Below, piece by piece: positions 12,515-23,160 of a stretch of 64,000 bases of DNA (position 1 is the first letter of the stretch; every line of letters begins with the position of its first letter). The translations under genes were made by a program, and so were the position numbers. This stretch comes from Calcarisporiella thermophila CBS 279.70 (taxonomy: Eukaryota > Fungi > Calcarisporiellomycota), in the NCBI RefSeq assembly GCF_041956535.1, contig NW_027192222.1, forward strand, positions 1 through 64,000. Direction: 5' to 3'. The notes beneath the pieces are model-generated. The model made no database searches. It was not told the origin of the DNA and saw only the letters and a program-made list of their open reading frames with translations.

Positions 12515-15279
12515 TACCGATTCTATTGGAAACTCAACCTCCTTGCTTCTAATCAAAATTTTCATTATTAATTATCACTACTTTTTCTTTCTGTGACATT
12601 TTTAGCTTAATACCATCCAATTGATGCTAAGTATAGGATAGGATATTCAATAGCTTGGCTTGTGTATATAAATATATAAAAAACGAAAATAAAAATAACC
12701 ATTATATTCTTACTAGAGATGTATAGCTAGTGATAATTATTTAAGCCGTCTCCTCATACATTTTGCAAATTAAGAAACTAGGAGGCATTCAGACAAAAGA
12801 GTTATGAATTAAGTAGGGTGAAGTAAATTTTAGCTCGAGAAAACTCGAATATAACTATTTTTTATTAAAAAAATTGGTCGCTCATCTCTAATGATTTAAA
12901 CCGGCTATTAGCTCATCGTATCATCCCGAAGTCAATTGGATGCATTCACTTTGCTATGTACCATTAAGTTGAGGCAACTTTAATGAGTTGATATACAAAC
13001 ATTCAAACAATGCTTTTCCCACGTGTAAGCTGCGAGATGTAGTGAATGGAATTCAAAGGTAAGAGAGGAACCATGTCAGTTTTTTTTTTTCGCAACGTAA
13101 ATTATGACATATTTGACTTGGATTAGCACAATTGTTGGAATTGAAAACCATGTTTCAACTCGGAGTAAAAATTCGCCTTCACGTTGATGGCCATATAACT
13201 ATGAGCAACGTGATATCAATTTTAAAAAGCACTTACCGTATTTCTAATGTTTTTCGAGAAGCCATTGTGTCGAAGAGAAAGAGAATCGAATTTAAACAAT
13301 TCAGGGTGAATTACAAAAGCGATTGAGGTAAATTTCCAATATATCGCTGCATCAGGATTGCAAATATTAGTTAATCATGATGTACTTTGCTGTTTCTTAA
13401 TTGTTGCCATTCCCAATTCAGTAACATAGGTGATTCGCAGAGTGCTCCTTAGAGAGCATATCCCGATTTGTTAGCTTTCAAGAAATATTTTAGGCAACAA
13501 TAAGCCGTAATTTTTACGTCATCTTCTGTTGCCATAGCAGGTATCATATATATCGTTAGTAAGAGAAATGAAAAAGCCCGGTCGTTGCATTCAGTCAATT
13601 TCCGCTGGATACACATGCTGTATTCTCGTATAGCTTACCTTTTTGCTTAGCAAGAATCGCAACAATGCACTGTATACCGTGTATTACGCTACGCAATTAC
13701 GCAATTATGGTATTTTCAAACTCGGCTCTGCAGAGTTAGAGGCTGCGTCAACCCGTGCTAAGTCTCCCATGAGCCCATTCTCCGTATCAACTCGTTCTCA
13801 GCATTCGTGCCAAAACGTAGAGAGATTCTCGTGGTTGAAAAGGGGATTTTACCTGCTTCCTCCTAGCGTATCACTCTTGTTGTCTGTTAATCTGCAAAAC
13901 GAATTTGCAAAAGCGGTTGCTGCTCTTTGGGTCCAAACTTTAACACATGCTCAGGGACGGAGATCAGAAGATCTGCGTTGGTGGCCCAGAATAGACGCCA
14001 ATAGGGGCCTCTACTGTGGTCACGCCTCCATGTGCGACGCTCCAGGAAAATAGTTTTAGAGTATTCTCCAATATGCGACGACCCGAATTCCGTCAGTCTA
14101 TGAGCTTTTACAAGTCTTCTGACCATTCTTCTGTAAGTTGGCTTGCTTCCCCCCTCGTTTCGACTCAGCCAGGTAGCTCAATCGGCTCAATAGTATCCAG
14201 TGCTTCAACCGATCTGGCTTTGATCTGGAAAATAGATCAAGGGAGCAAAAGCATAGCCGCCTTTATGCGGCATTTTGAGGGGTTGGATACTCGCAGCTTT
14301 GCTCAGGCTTACACGGTGTTGTGTCAACGTCTCAAACCTTCGCCATGTGCTGGTAGGGGAACGCTATTTTTATTCCGCCCGTCAACTGCATTGACGCAAT
14401 CATTTCCACACCCCTCCGCCGCATATCGTGAAATCTGGAAGATTCGCGTTGGGGGCTTCTCACTTCGGATACTCCCATATCGGCACCTTTGGTTCAAACT
14501 CGCCTTTTGCCGGAGCAAATGATGAAGGCCCTTAAACTAAACAAACATCTAATCATACACTGTCATAGTGAGACTAGCCAAGAGTGCTTGCCATCACGAT
14601 TTGGGCAATAAATGCGTAGTGCAACAGATAAGATTCATCGACATACAAATGCATATGCTACTGTTATCATGTCGAAAAGCTAAGCTATATCCTAAGCTTC
14701 CCGGATAATTTTTTGTGCATATTTCTCCATCCATCAAATACATTCACAATGCGTTAAGATTGTTTGAATATGCAAAAGAGAGGGACATAGTAACAGCATC
14801 CATTGGTCCAAATGTATAATATTGTCGTAAAGGAAGAGATGGCGTCTCCATGAGTATTAGAGGACCCTCAAGTGTTAGCCTTTATACTCGCTAACAAAGT
14901 ACAAATGTACAAACAATAAATCAATTGTAACGCTTAAAGTGGCGAATACGAAATTACAAGTACTACATGGTTAAAAATACAAGTATTGCTTGGTTGTAAC
15001 AATAAGTCATGGGAACAAAAGGAAACAGAGTCGATGGAAAAATATTCATAAGCTTATCTCTGATAGCTGGGACATTATAGAGATACTATAGAGGGGTATA
15101 GCAAAACAAAATCTTATAAATACTCGGGCCTAACCCCCGTGCCCCTATTGTAAATTAATTCTCTCTGGACTCTTACTAATATTCCCTCTTCCCCTCTTTT
15201 CCTCTCCCTATTTCCTATTAGTTTACTTTAACATTCCCTTCGCTCTAATCTTTCTCTGCCTATCCTTCTTTTATATATT

Positions 15280-17702
15280 ATGAAAATCCTTTTTAGTTCT
15301 CTCCTCTTGGTCTCTGCTCTAGCCCTGTCGGCCGCTAAACCCTCAGAGGGCAGCAAACGTCTGCGCATCCAACCTTTTGGTCCAGACATATCCGATTCCC
15401 AAACTTACATCGTCGACTCCTCCTCAATACCCCAGGCTGACCTCAGCGGCTTTTCAAGAAAAAAACCCCTTGATATTGCCCGCGATTTTGCAAAGAGCCA
15501 TTTGACTAATTCCGATTTTGTCGTGAAGAACTCCTACAAATCCGACTTGAACGGGGTCACTCACGTCTACTTGAGACAGGTGGTGGAGGGCCTCGAGGTG
15601 ATTAATGGAGATATCAATGTCAATGTGGACGCCAAGGGCAACATCGTCTCCTACGGCAACTCTTTCTTCAAGGGAACCAAGGGCGATGAAAAAGGAAAAG
15701 GCTCCAAGCACAATCCCTTTACAAAGCGAGGTGCTATCGACCCACGAGAGGCTCTTCTCTCCCTTGCAAAACACATCAATGTGAAGGTGCCTCACCCTAA
15801 TCGCATCGAAGTGGAAGAGAGTGACTCTCTCAAGGGAGAATCGCAAACCGTCCTTACCAACGTGCCTTTTGCTGTGGATGGTAGCGAAGTTCCCGTACGA
15901 AAGGCTTTGATCCAAACGGAGGGAGGCCGCCAACTTCAACCGGTCTGGGAAATAATCGTAGAGATGGAGGAAAACTGGATCCAGTCTCATGTCCACGCTT
16001 ACACCGGAAAGGTCGTATCCGTTGTGGACTGGGTGTCCGATGCCACCTACAACGTATATCCAATGGGCATGAATGATCCTTCAGAGGGCCCGCGCAAAAA
16101 AGTCGAAGATCCGCATGACCTTACTGCCTCTCCCGATGGATGGCACACGCAGGGCTCTAAGAAGTTCCAGGTGACGGTCGGAAACAACGTCTATGCCCAG
16201 GAAAATCTCAAAGGCGATTTCAACTGGGAGGAAAAAGAGCGCCCGAATGGTGGTGAAAAGCTGAACTTCGACTTCCCGCTAGACTTGTCTCAGCACCCCA
16301 AGACATACATTAACGCATCCGTCACCAATCTCTTCTACTGGAATAACATTATGCATGATCTGTCTTATCGGTATGGTTTCAATGAGGCCGCCGGTAACTT
16401 CCAAGAGGACAATGGTGATCGCGGGGGTAAGGGCGGCGATGCGGTCATTGCAAATGCTCAGGATGGCGCCGGCTTCAATAACGCCAACTTTGCCACCCCG
16501 CCAGACGGTAGAAAGGGTAGGATGCGCATGTATGTGTTCAACTCATTCGATCCCAATCGAGATGGTGACTTGGAGGCGGATATCATGGTCCACGAGTATA
16601 CTCATGGTATTAGCAATCGACTCACTGGTGGGCCTGACAACGTAGCTTGTCTCCCATTCGGTGAAGCGAGAGGCATGGGTGAAGGTTGGGGCGATTTCAT
16701 TGCCGCTATTTTGCGCACAAAGCCCCACCACAACCGTACCGTCGAGTTTACCGAGGGTGAATATGTAGATGGCAAGAACATTCGCAGATATCCATACTCC
16801 ACTAGCATGACGACCAACCCAGAGACCTATGGCACAATGAACAACCCCGGTTATGAAGATGAGCACGACAAGGGACCAGTCTGGGCTAATATGCTCTACG
16901 AAGGTAAATTGAGGTTTTTTCTCACGTTCTGTTGATCTACTTGATTTGGCTTTGGCGGCTCTTATTACAAAACTCGTGAGAAAGCACTTCTAACGGATGA
17001 CAAATCGCTTTGATAGTGTACTGGAATCTCGTCGATGAGCACGGCTTCAATCCAAAATGGTTCCCCCCACACACCACGGACGCCAAGAAGCTCCGCGAAT
17101 ATATCACTAGCCACGGCAACACACTTATGCTGCAACTTGTCCTCGACGGCATGAAGCTACAGCCTTGTCAACCGACTTTCATCACTGCTCGTGATGCAAT
17201 TTTGCAAGCAGAGAAGCTCCTGACGGACGGGAAGAATGAGTGTGCCATCTGGCGTGGATTCGCCAAGCGCGGGTTGGGTGTGGATGCAAAATTGATTGAA
17301 AACAACCCCCTCGGCAGTGGAAAACGTGAAGAGAGCTTCAAGATCCCCGAGAAATGCGAGAAAGCCCCCGAGGATCCCATTAAAGAGTGCCTGAAAAAAC
17401 TGTGCGGCAAAACGTCCGAGAAGGACCTGAAGCAATGTGCGAAGAAGAAATGCGGACATGAGTCGAGCGAAGCAGAGAAGCAGTGCATGAAGAAGAAGTG
17501 CAAGCATAAGACGGGCAAAGCCAAAGAGAAATGTCTCAAGAAGAATTGCGAGAAGGAGGCCGGAAATGCGATGAAGCAGTGTTTGCAAAAGAAGTGCAAA
17601 CGCAACACGGAAAAACCTGCTAACCAATGCAAGAAGAAGAAATGCGGCCATCTGTCGGGCAAGGCCGCCAAAAAATGTCTAAAACAGTGCCATCAGCACT
17701 AA
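15280..17702 (+). CDS. Fungalysin (M36) extracellular metalloprotease with FTP propeptide and C-terminal Cys/Lys repeat tail; intron 16904..17016
   Basis: Signal peptide, GVTHVYLRQ (FTP), NLFYWNN, GFNEAAGNFQ, NNANFATPPDG, zinc motif HEYTH, GMGEGWGD, PCQPTFITARDAILQA and IWRGFAKRGLG. Confidence 0.95.
17388..17690 (+). repeat. Coding repeat: seven ~16-aa C-x4-C-x10 Lys-rich units
   Basis: CLKKLC, CAKKKC, CMKKKC, CLKKNC, CLQKKC, CKKKKC and CLKQC, each separated by exactly 10 residues. Confidence 0.9.
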
Positions 17703-17860
17703 CTTAGAGGCCTAATGCTTTAATCTAATTTATTTTTTCTTTTTCTAGTACTTTAATATTGTAATTAAATGATGTTTTTATTGTAAACATTTTATTTAAT
17801 AATAATCTTTCTCATCTTCTTCTACTTTACTTGGCTATTTTCTTTGCATGAAATACGCTT

Positions 17861-18333
17861 TTAGTGTTCTTTATTCCCCCCATACCTATCGACATTCGCA
17901 TCTTGGAGGGGCACCCTTCTGAGAAGTAAACACTCTTCACCGAGTAAGAGTGAGGCGCACTGGCCAAAGGATGAAAAGTGCGATAGTATTGCCTCTAGGC
18001 ATAGTTTTAAGTAGTGAATACTCGTGAAATTGGGTGATTTAATGGAATTCGATTGAATTGCGCACAACATTAACAATTGAGGCAATAAGAAGCGTTAATC
18101 ACGTTTACTTTTTCCAGTACTTTGACGGTCTCAGTCACCGTTATGGTCTTCGTTACAGCTGTGACATACATGACGGGTACACCCGTGGGCGGTACATCCG
18201 TTGGGGTGGTGAGTAGAGTCCCAGGCAATGATGTTAATGTGTATATTGGTGCGTTGACTGGAATTTCATGAGCTGGTCTCGCCCGAACTAAATTGATCAG
18301 GACAGTGACGATAGCCAATATGCTTGCAATCAT
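17861..18333 (-). CDS. Small secreted Thr/Pro/Val-rich protein (3' exon uncertain)
   Basis: ATG at 18333, hydrophobic signal MIASILAIVTVLINLVRA, TKTITVTETV stretch and a likely GTAAAC donor after EK. Confidence 0.55.
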
Positions 18334-19044
18334 TTGAAATGATATAAACCAAAAGATTAGAGAATATCAAGAGAAGAACCAAAGCTTAAATAAGAAGAGT
18401 GGTGGTTACGAACAAAAATTACCAGGGTATCACTCTTTTCCAACCAGTCATTCCCAAATCCGATCCCATACCCTCGCCTTAAAAATCCGAATGTTTGTCG
18501 CAGCTTAGGTCGAATACCAAATGCGGGGATTAAAAGATCCGAAGAATTGAGTATCCCATCTATGAAGTAAAATAGATTTGAAAAGTCAAATTAATTCATG
18601 TTCTCAAAACTATAGATTAACTTCTCTTCATATTATGAGTTCCAGTTTTCAAAAATTTTTGGATAATACTAATAGATATGTGTGTGTAATCATGATATAA
18701 ATTTTCGTTTGCGAAAAGCACAAAGACACAACAAGCAATGCTAAGATTCTGCCAGAATGGTTTAGCGGAATTCGTCCTGATCGATATGGCTTTAATCAAC
18801 TACTTCACACGAAAGTGTTATATAATCGAGTTATTACCTCACCTGCTTCATCTTGCCAAAATCATCTAGAAACTTGAGACAAAATTCTGAAAACGAAATA
18901 GGGTATCAACGCTCTATCTAATACTACATCTCCAAATTGGCAAGGCTGGCTTGCCGAATACGAATATAATGTAAGTAATGTGGTAGTTTTATTCTGATTC
19001 ACAGTATATTGACCAATATAAATAATTACATATTGATACAGCGG

Positions 19045-19998
19045 TTAATTCATCCCCTCCAACTCCTTCAACCCAGCCGCTTTGAGGCTCTTGAGAGTAG
19101 AAACAGCACTGTGCAAGTACTGTGTTTCCTCTTCATCCAAGTTGAGGTCAATGATTCGGTGGATGCCATTTCGACTCAACACGGCTGGATTGGATATGTA
19201 ACAACCGTTCGCGGGAACGTACACCGAGAGCGGGATAACCGAATGAGAATCTTTAATGATAAATTCTACTATTCGAGCTACACACACGGCGACGCCAAAG
19301 TAGGTCGCTCCTTTGCACTCGATGATTTCGTAGGCCTTGTTCTTGATTTTCTCCGAATGCTTTTTTCTATCCAGTTTTTCCATCCCCGGGTATTTTAGCA
19401 TCGGGATGCCTCCAACTGAGGCCGCATGCCACGCCACAAATTGGCTGTCCCCATGCATTCCCACGACGTAGCAATGGAGAGAGCTATGATTGACTTGCAA
19501 TTCACGGGCTAGTTCCGTACGCAAGCGATTGGTGTCAAGAAATGTGCCTGAGCCAAATATCTGCTCGCGGCGGAATCCGTCCGCAACTGCAAGATCGGAA
19601 AAGTACTCGGTCAGGATATCGACCGGATTAGAAACGACCAGCACTATCGCGTTTGGATTGATCGGCTTCATGTTTTTGTATATTGACTGAATAATTTTGA
19701 AATTGCGGCCAACAAGCTGCTCTCGTGGCTCTCCCGGGCGTTGCGCTGCGCCAGCTGTGATGACTATAATATCCGCTTGGGATGCATCCTTAAAATTACC
19801 CTTGCAAATTCGTGTACATGAGCGGAATGTTGCGTCCTCCAGGTCCATCCATTCGCCAAACAGCCGGGTCTGAGCTTGCTCAATATCTGCATCAACCACA
19901 ATGACCTCGACGGACAAATTACGGAGAATCATAGTAAAAGCTGAGCAAGCCCCAACTTTTCCTGCGGCACCGATGACTGCGACTTTTGTGAGGCCCAT
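19045..19998 (-). CDS. ldh: L-lactate dehydrogenase (NAD-dependent), intronless
   Basis: KVAVIGAAGKVG Rossmann motif, ITAGAAQRPGE (Gln at the LDH specificity position), VSNPVD, GSGTFLDTNR, HGDSQ and KGATYFG. Confidence 0.92.
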   Translation of the reverse strand: MGLTKVAVIGAAGKVGACSAFTMILRNLSVEVIVVDADIEQAQTRLFGEWMDLEDATFRSCTRICKGNFKDASQADIIVITAGAAQRPGEPREQLVGRNFKIIQSIYKNMKPINPNAIVLVVSNPVDILTEYFSDLAVADGFRREQIFGSGTFLDTNRLRTELARELQVNHSSLHCYVVGMHGDSQFVAWHAASVGGIPMLKYPGMEKLDRKKHSEKIKNKAYEIIECKGATYFGVAVCVARIVEFIIKDSHSVIPLSVYVPANGCYISNPAVLSRNGIHRIIDLNLDEEETQYLHSAVSTLKSLKAAGLKELEGMN

Positions 19999-22110
19999 TG
20001 ACTTGAGATGGTGAATAGTTTTATTGATATGGGATTACAATGGAATCGAGGGGTTTTGAGAGAGGTTTTAAATACTTGAGTGGCAACGCCAAATAAATAG
20101 GACAAGGGCATAGCCGAATGAGTTTAGAAATAAAGAACACCCTAATTTAGATATATTGTCACCAATAAACCACTTAAAATCAGGAGATTCTCATTCTCAC
20201 AAACAGCTTTTTAAGAATATCCAATGAACTCGGTCAAATTATCGACAGCATTATCCCAGCATCGGTTCGCTCAGTCTCTAGTGGTATGGATAAATAAGGA
20301 CCATTCTCTAGTGAAGTACGGTCCTTCTTCGCGCCAGCTTCGAAGAAACATACAAATGACTGAAGTTAGCATAGTTTTCCTCCTATTTTCCTCGAATAAG
20401 CAAATATGCAAAGGCCACAGCATGCGGCTCCCAGCAGTATGTTCAAGGTCGTACTCAATCCCACACTCTTTGAATAATCGAGTCCCTCCCAACCCCATTT
20501 AATGAATTTCGCTCTGATGCCAGTTGAAACGGCTAAGTTTGAGAAGGTGTATAGTAAGAGGAAACCCCAACCAAAAAAGCTTAGGGTAAGGCCCTATGGA
20601 GTTTTTGAACAATTCCGAGCCATGTTAGCAGATATACATCCTTAAATTTCGTCTTGAGAGCCGTATGGTAATACTTCAACGGAATTGATAAGCTATCTTA
20701 AGATAGAATTCAAGTTTTCAATTATCAGCGTTACCTAAGTTCAACTCCGTATTTTTAGAGCTGCTTGACTCATTATCTTAACGCATCCCTCCGATTACAA
20801 GTCTTTCGAAATAGCAAAAGCATAGCACTTGAAAGTGAAGAATAACCACATATTCCTCTTCGTTTCAAATAGTAAAAGTAAAAAAAAATCTTAGCTAGAG
20901 TAGGTTTTATCAGAGATCTCGACTCAATCGCACTCTTCACGCTTACCACGGGCGTACAAAGGAATTTGGGGCGATATAATAAGGCATTTTATTTTTCTTC
21001 TGTGACCTCCAGATCCACAACTTATTTAATCAGAAATTTTGGCCGCTCATCCTATTCAAATAACTGAAAAAGATTGGCACATAGCCCTTCAACTCGACAA
21101 GAGGAAACACCCCTGCCGTTAGAAAATAGACAAACGCAATCCAATATTGGTTCCAATATTTTTACGCTCTACTCCAAATCTGCCATCGGCTAATCTTGAT
21201 TCGGAGGTTAGGGAAAAATTACGATACTCACAGGTGGCTAGCACTGCTTTTACCCTTGTGCTTCTTATCGTGTTGCGCACCTCTTTCGTTGGCGGATTCT
21301 GCCTTTCAATTTGACCAAGCCTGTTTGATTGGAGGGACAGAGTGACGTAAAACCGATATGCCTCGACCTCATGTATCCTCCACAATCTGAACCCTCTTAT
21401 TCATCCGATATTGCAGAGTTGAGACACGTTTCCTATGGGCGAGCTTATTCCCGCCCCAAGTCCAACTCAAAGAGGCTCCACTAGCAAAAGGTTCAATGTT
21501 TTCGCGGCCCATAAGCAACCTCAATACAAGATCCCCCTTGATTCAGTGCTAGTTGAACCAATTTATGGTTTTCGCAGTGCGCAAAATAGAGATGAAAAGT
21601 GGCACACAAAGTTTCGCACGTCGAGATTGAACCATCAACAAAATGAGAAAGATGATAAAGCAGGTGTTCCATCCCGCTTGCGATTCGAGTGGGTTGGCTA
21701 GAGTGGTATCCAAGGATTCTGAACTCTTGCAGCTTCCTGGATTCCTTGCCTTCCTCTCCACCCGATTGCCTCTCGTGATAATAGGACCCAACGCGGCGGA
21801 ATTGAGTTTTCGGCAAAACTTGAAATGTAACGAAGCGATTTTAAGCTTAATCAATACTAACTTTTCAAGTCGGAATATCCGGTCTATCAAGAAAGCGAAA
21901 ATAAATAGAGAAGACCGCTTTTCCTAATGACTTTACCCTTTGTTGGTTCCTCTATTTCTTTGACCCTACTGTTTGATGGTGGAATGCACAACCACTCTGC
22001 TTATGACTTAGAGACAACTCTGCTCCCCACTTCAATTCCCCCTGTCCCCACAACCTCTCTCCCCCCTCCCCCCCTTTCCCACTCCCTCACTCCCTAAGCC
22101 CCTCACCGCC

Positions 22111-23160
22111 ATGCACCAACGCATGATTGTCCCCACCTATATCATCGTCATCAATGTCCTTTCGATCCTTTGCGGACTTTCCATGATGGCGCTCGTCTCC
22201 TGGCTCCGCAGGAGGAAGCCCGATACCACGGACACGGCATCGTTCAAGCTTAGCTTCTGGATCGGCCTCGTCAACGCCTTGTGGAGCACCCACTTCCTCC
22301 TTAAAAGCTCTGGCGACATCCTCTATTCTATGGCCGAGACTGATGCGTGGTGGATTCGGATGCTCGCGTGGTTATCGTGTCTTTTCTATGTATGGGACAC
22401 TGCATTGAGCGCATGTGTAGCATTCAACCTGCAGCTCTCCTTCATCCACCACCGTACCAATCTGAAGCGCATTCAGGCTTGGTACGCGCCAGGCTCCTTT
22501 CTCTTCTCCATTTGCGTGACTTTCCCCTGGCTCATCAAGCCAACCTGCTTTAACAAGGCAGGCAATGCCTTCCAAAGCGAATTGTCCAAGGAAGAGTTCG
22601 TCCTGTTCTATCTGTTTTTCAAAGATTTATGGGTGGGCATAGGGATCCTCTATTCCACGGCCGTCATCGTGTTGGTGCTCTTCCACGTGGCTCGTGAGGC
22701 GCGAAGGTTGAGGGAGTTGAAGAACGACATGCTATATGCCAAGGAGCTGAAGTTCACCCAATCGGTGGTGTGGATTCTACTCTATCCCGCAGTGCTCATT
22801 GTGACGCACACATTTGGCATCATCAAAGATTTCAGCATCAGAAATTATGATTGGGACACTCGCTCCACGCTTAGGATGGTGGATAAAACCATGATCAGCT
22901 CAGTCGGCATCCTCAATTTCATTGTGTTTCTTCTCAATCCAGCATTTCGCCGCTCTCTCGATAATATCCCTTGGCTTTCCAAGTTCTTGCGGTTATCATC
23001 TCCAAACACCCATGTTCCAACAAGCAATGGCATTGATAGATCCGTGTCTCGGAGGGAACCCATTGCGTCCGAATTTCATTCAAAGGCTTGGCAAGACTTC
23101 TTCCTGGAAATTGAAAGACAAGTGAATAGTGATCCAGCCCTCGCAAAACCACAACCATAG
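22111..23160 (+). CDS. 7TM GPCR-like protein, intronless paralogue 3
   Basis: 349-aa ORF with seven hydrophobic segments and the motifs SFKLSFWIGL, ILLYP and GILNFIVFLLNP. Confidence 0.85.
   Translation: MHQRMIVPTYIIVINVLSILCGLSMMALVSWLRRRKPDTTDTASFKLSFWIGLVNALWSTHFLLKSSGDILYSMAETDAWWIRMLAWLSCLFYVWDTALSACVAFNLQLSFIHHRTNLKRIQAWYAPGSFLFSICVTFPWLIKPTCFNKAGNAFQSELSKEEFVLFYLFFKDLWVGIGILYSTAVIVLVLFHVAREARRLRELKNDMLYAKELKFTQSVVWILLYPAVLIVTHTFGIIKDFSIRNYDWDTRSTLRMVDKTMISSVGILNFIVFLLNPAFRRSLDNIPWLSKFLRLSSPNTHVPTSNGIDRSVSRREPIASEFHSKAWQDFFLEIERQVNSDPALAKPQP

Noticed and set aside
17157-17671. Two 160+-aa minus-strand ORFs rich in Phe/Leu/His
   Set aside because: Antisense shadows of the Lys/Cys repeat tail of the fungalysin.
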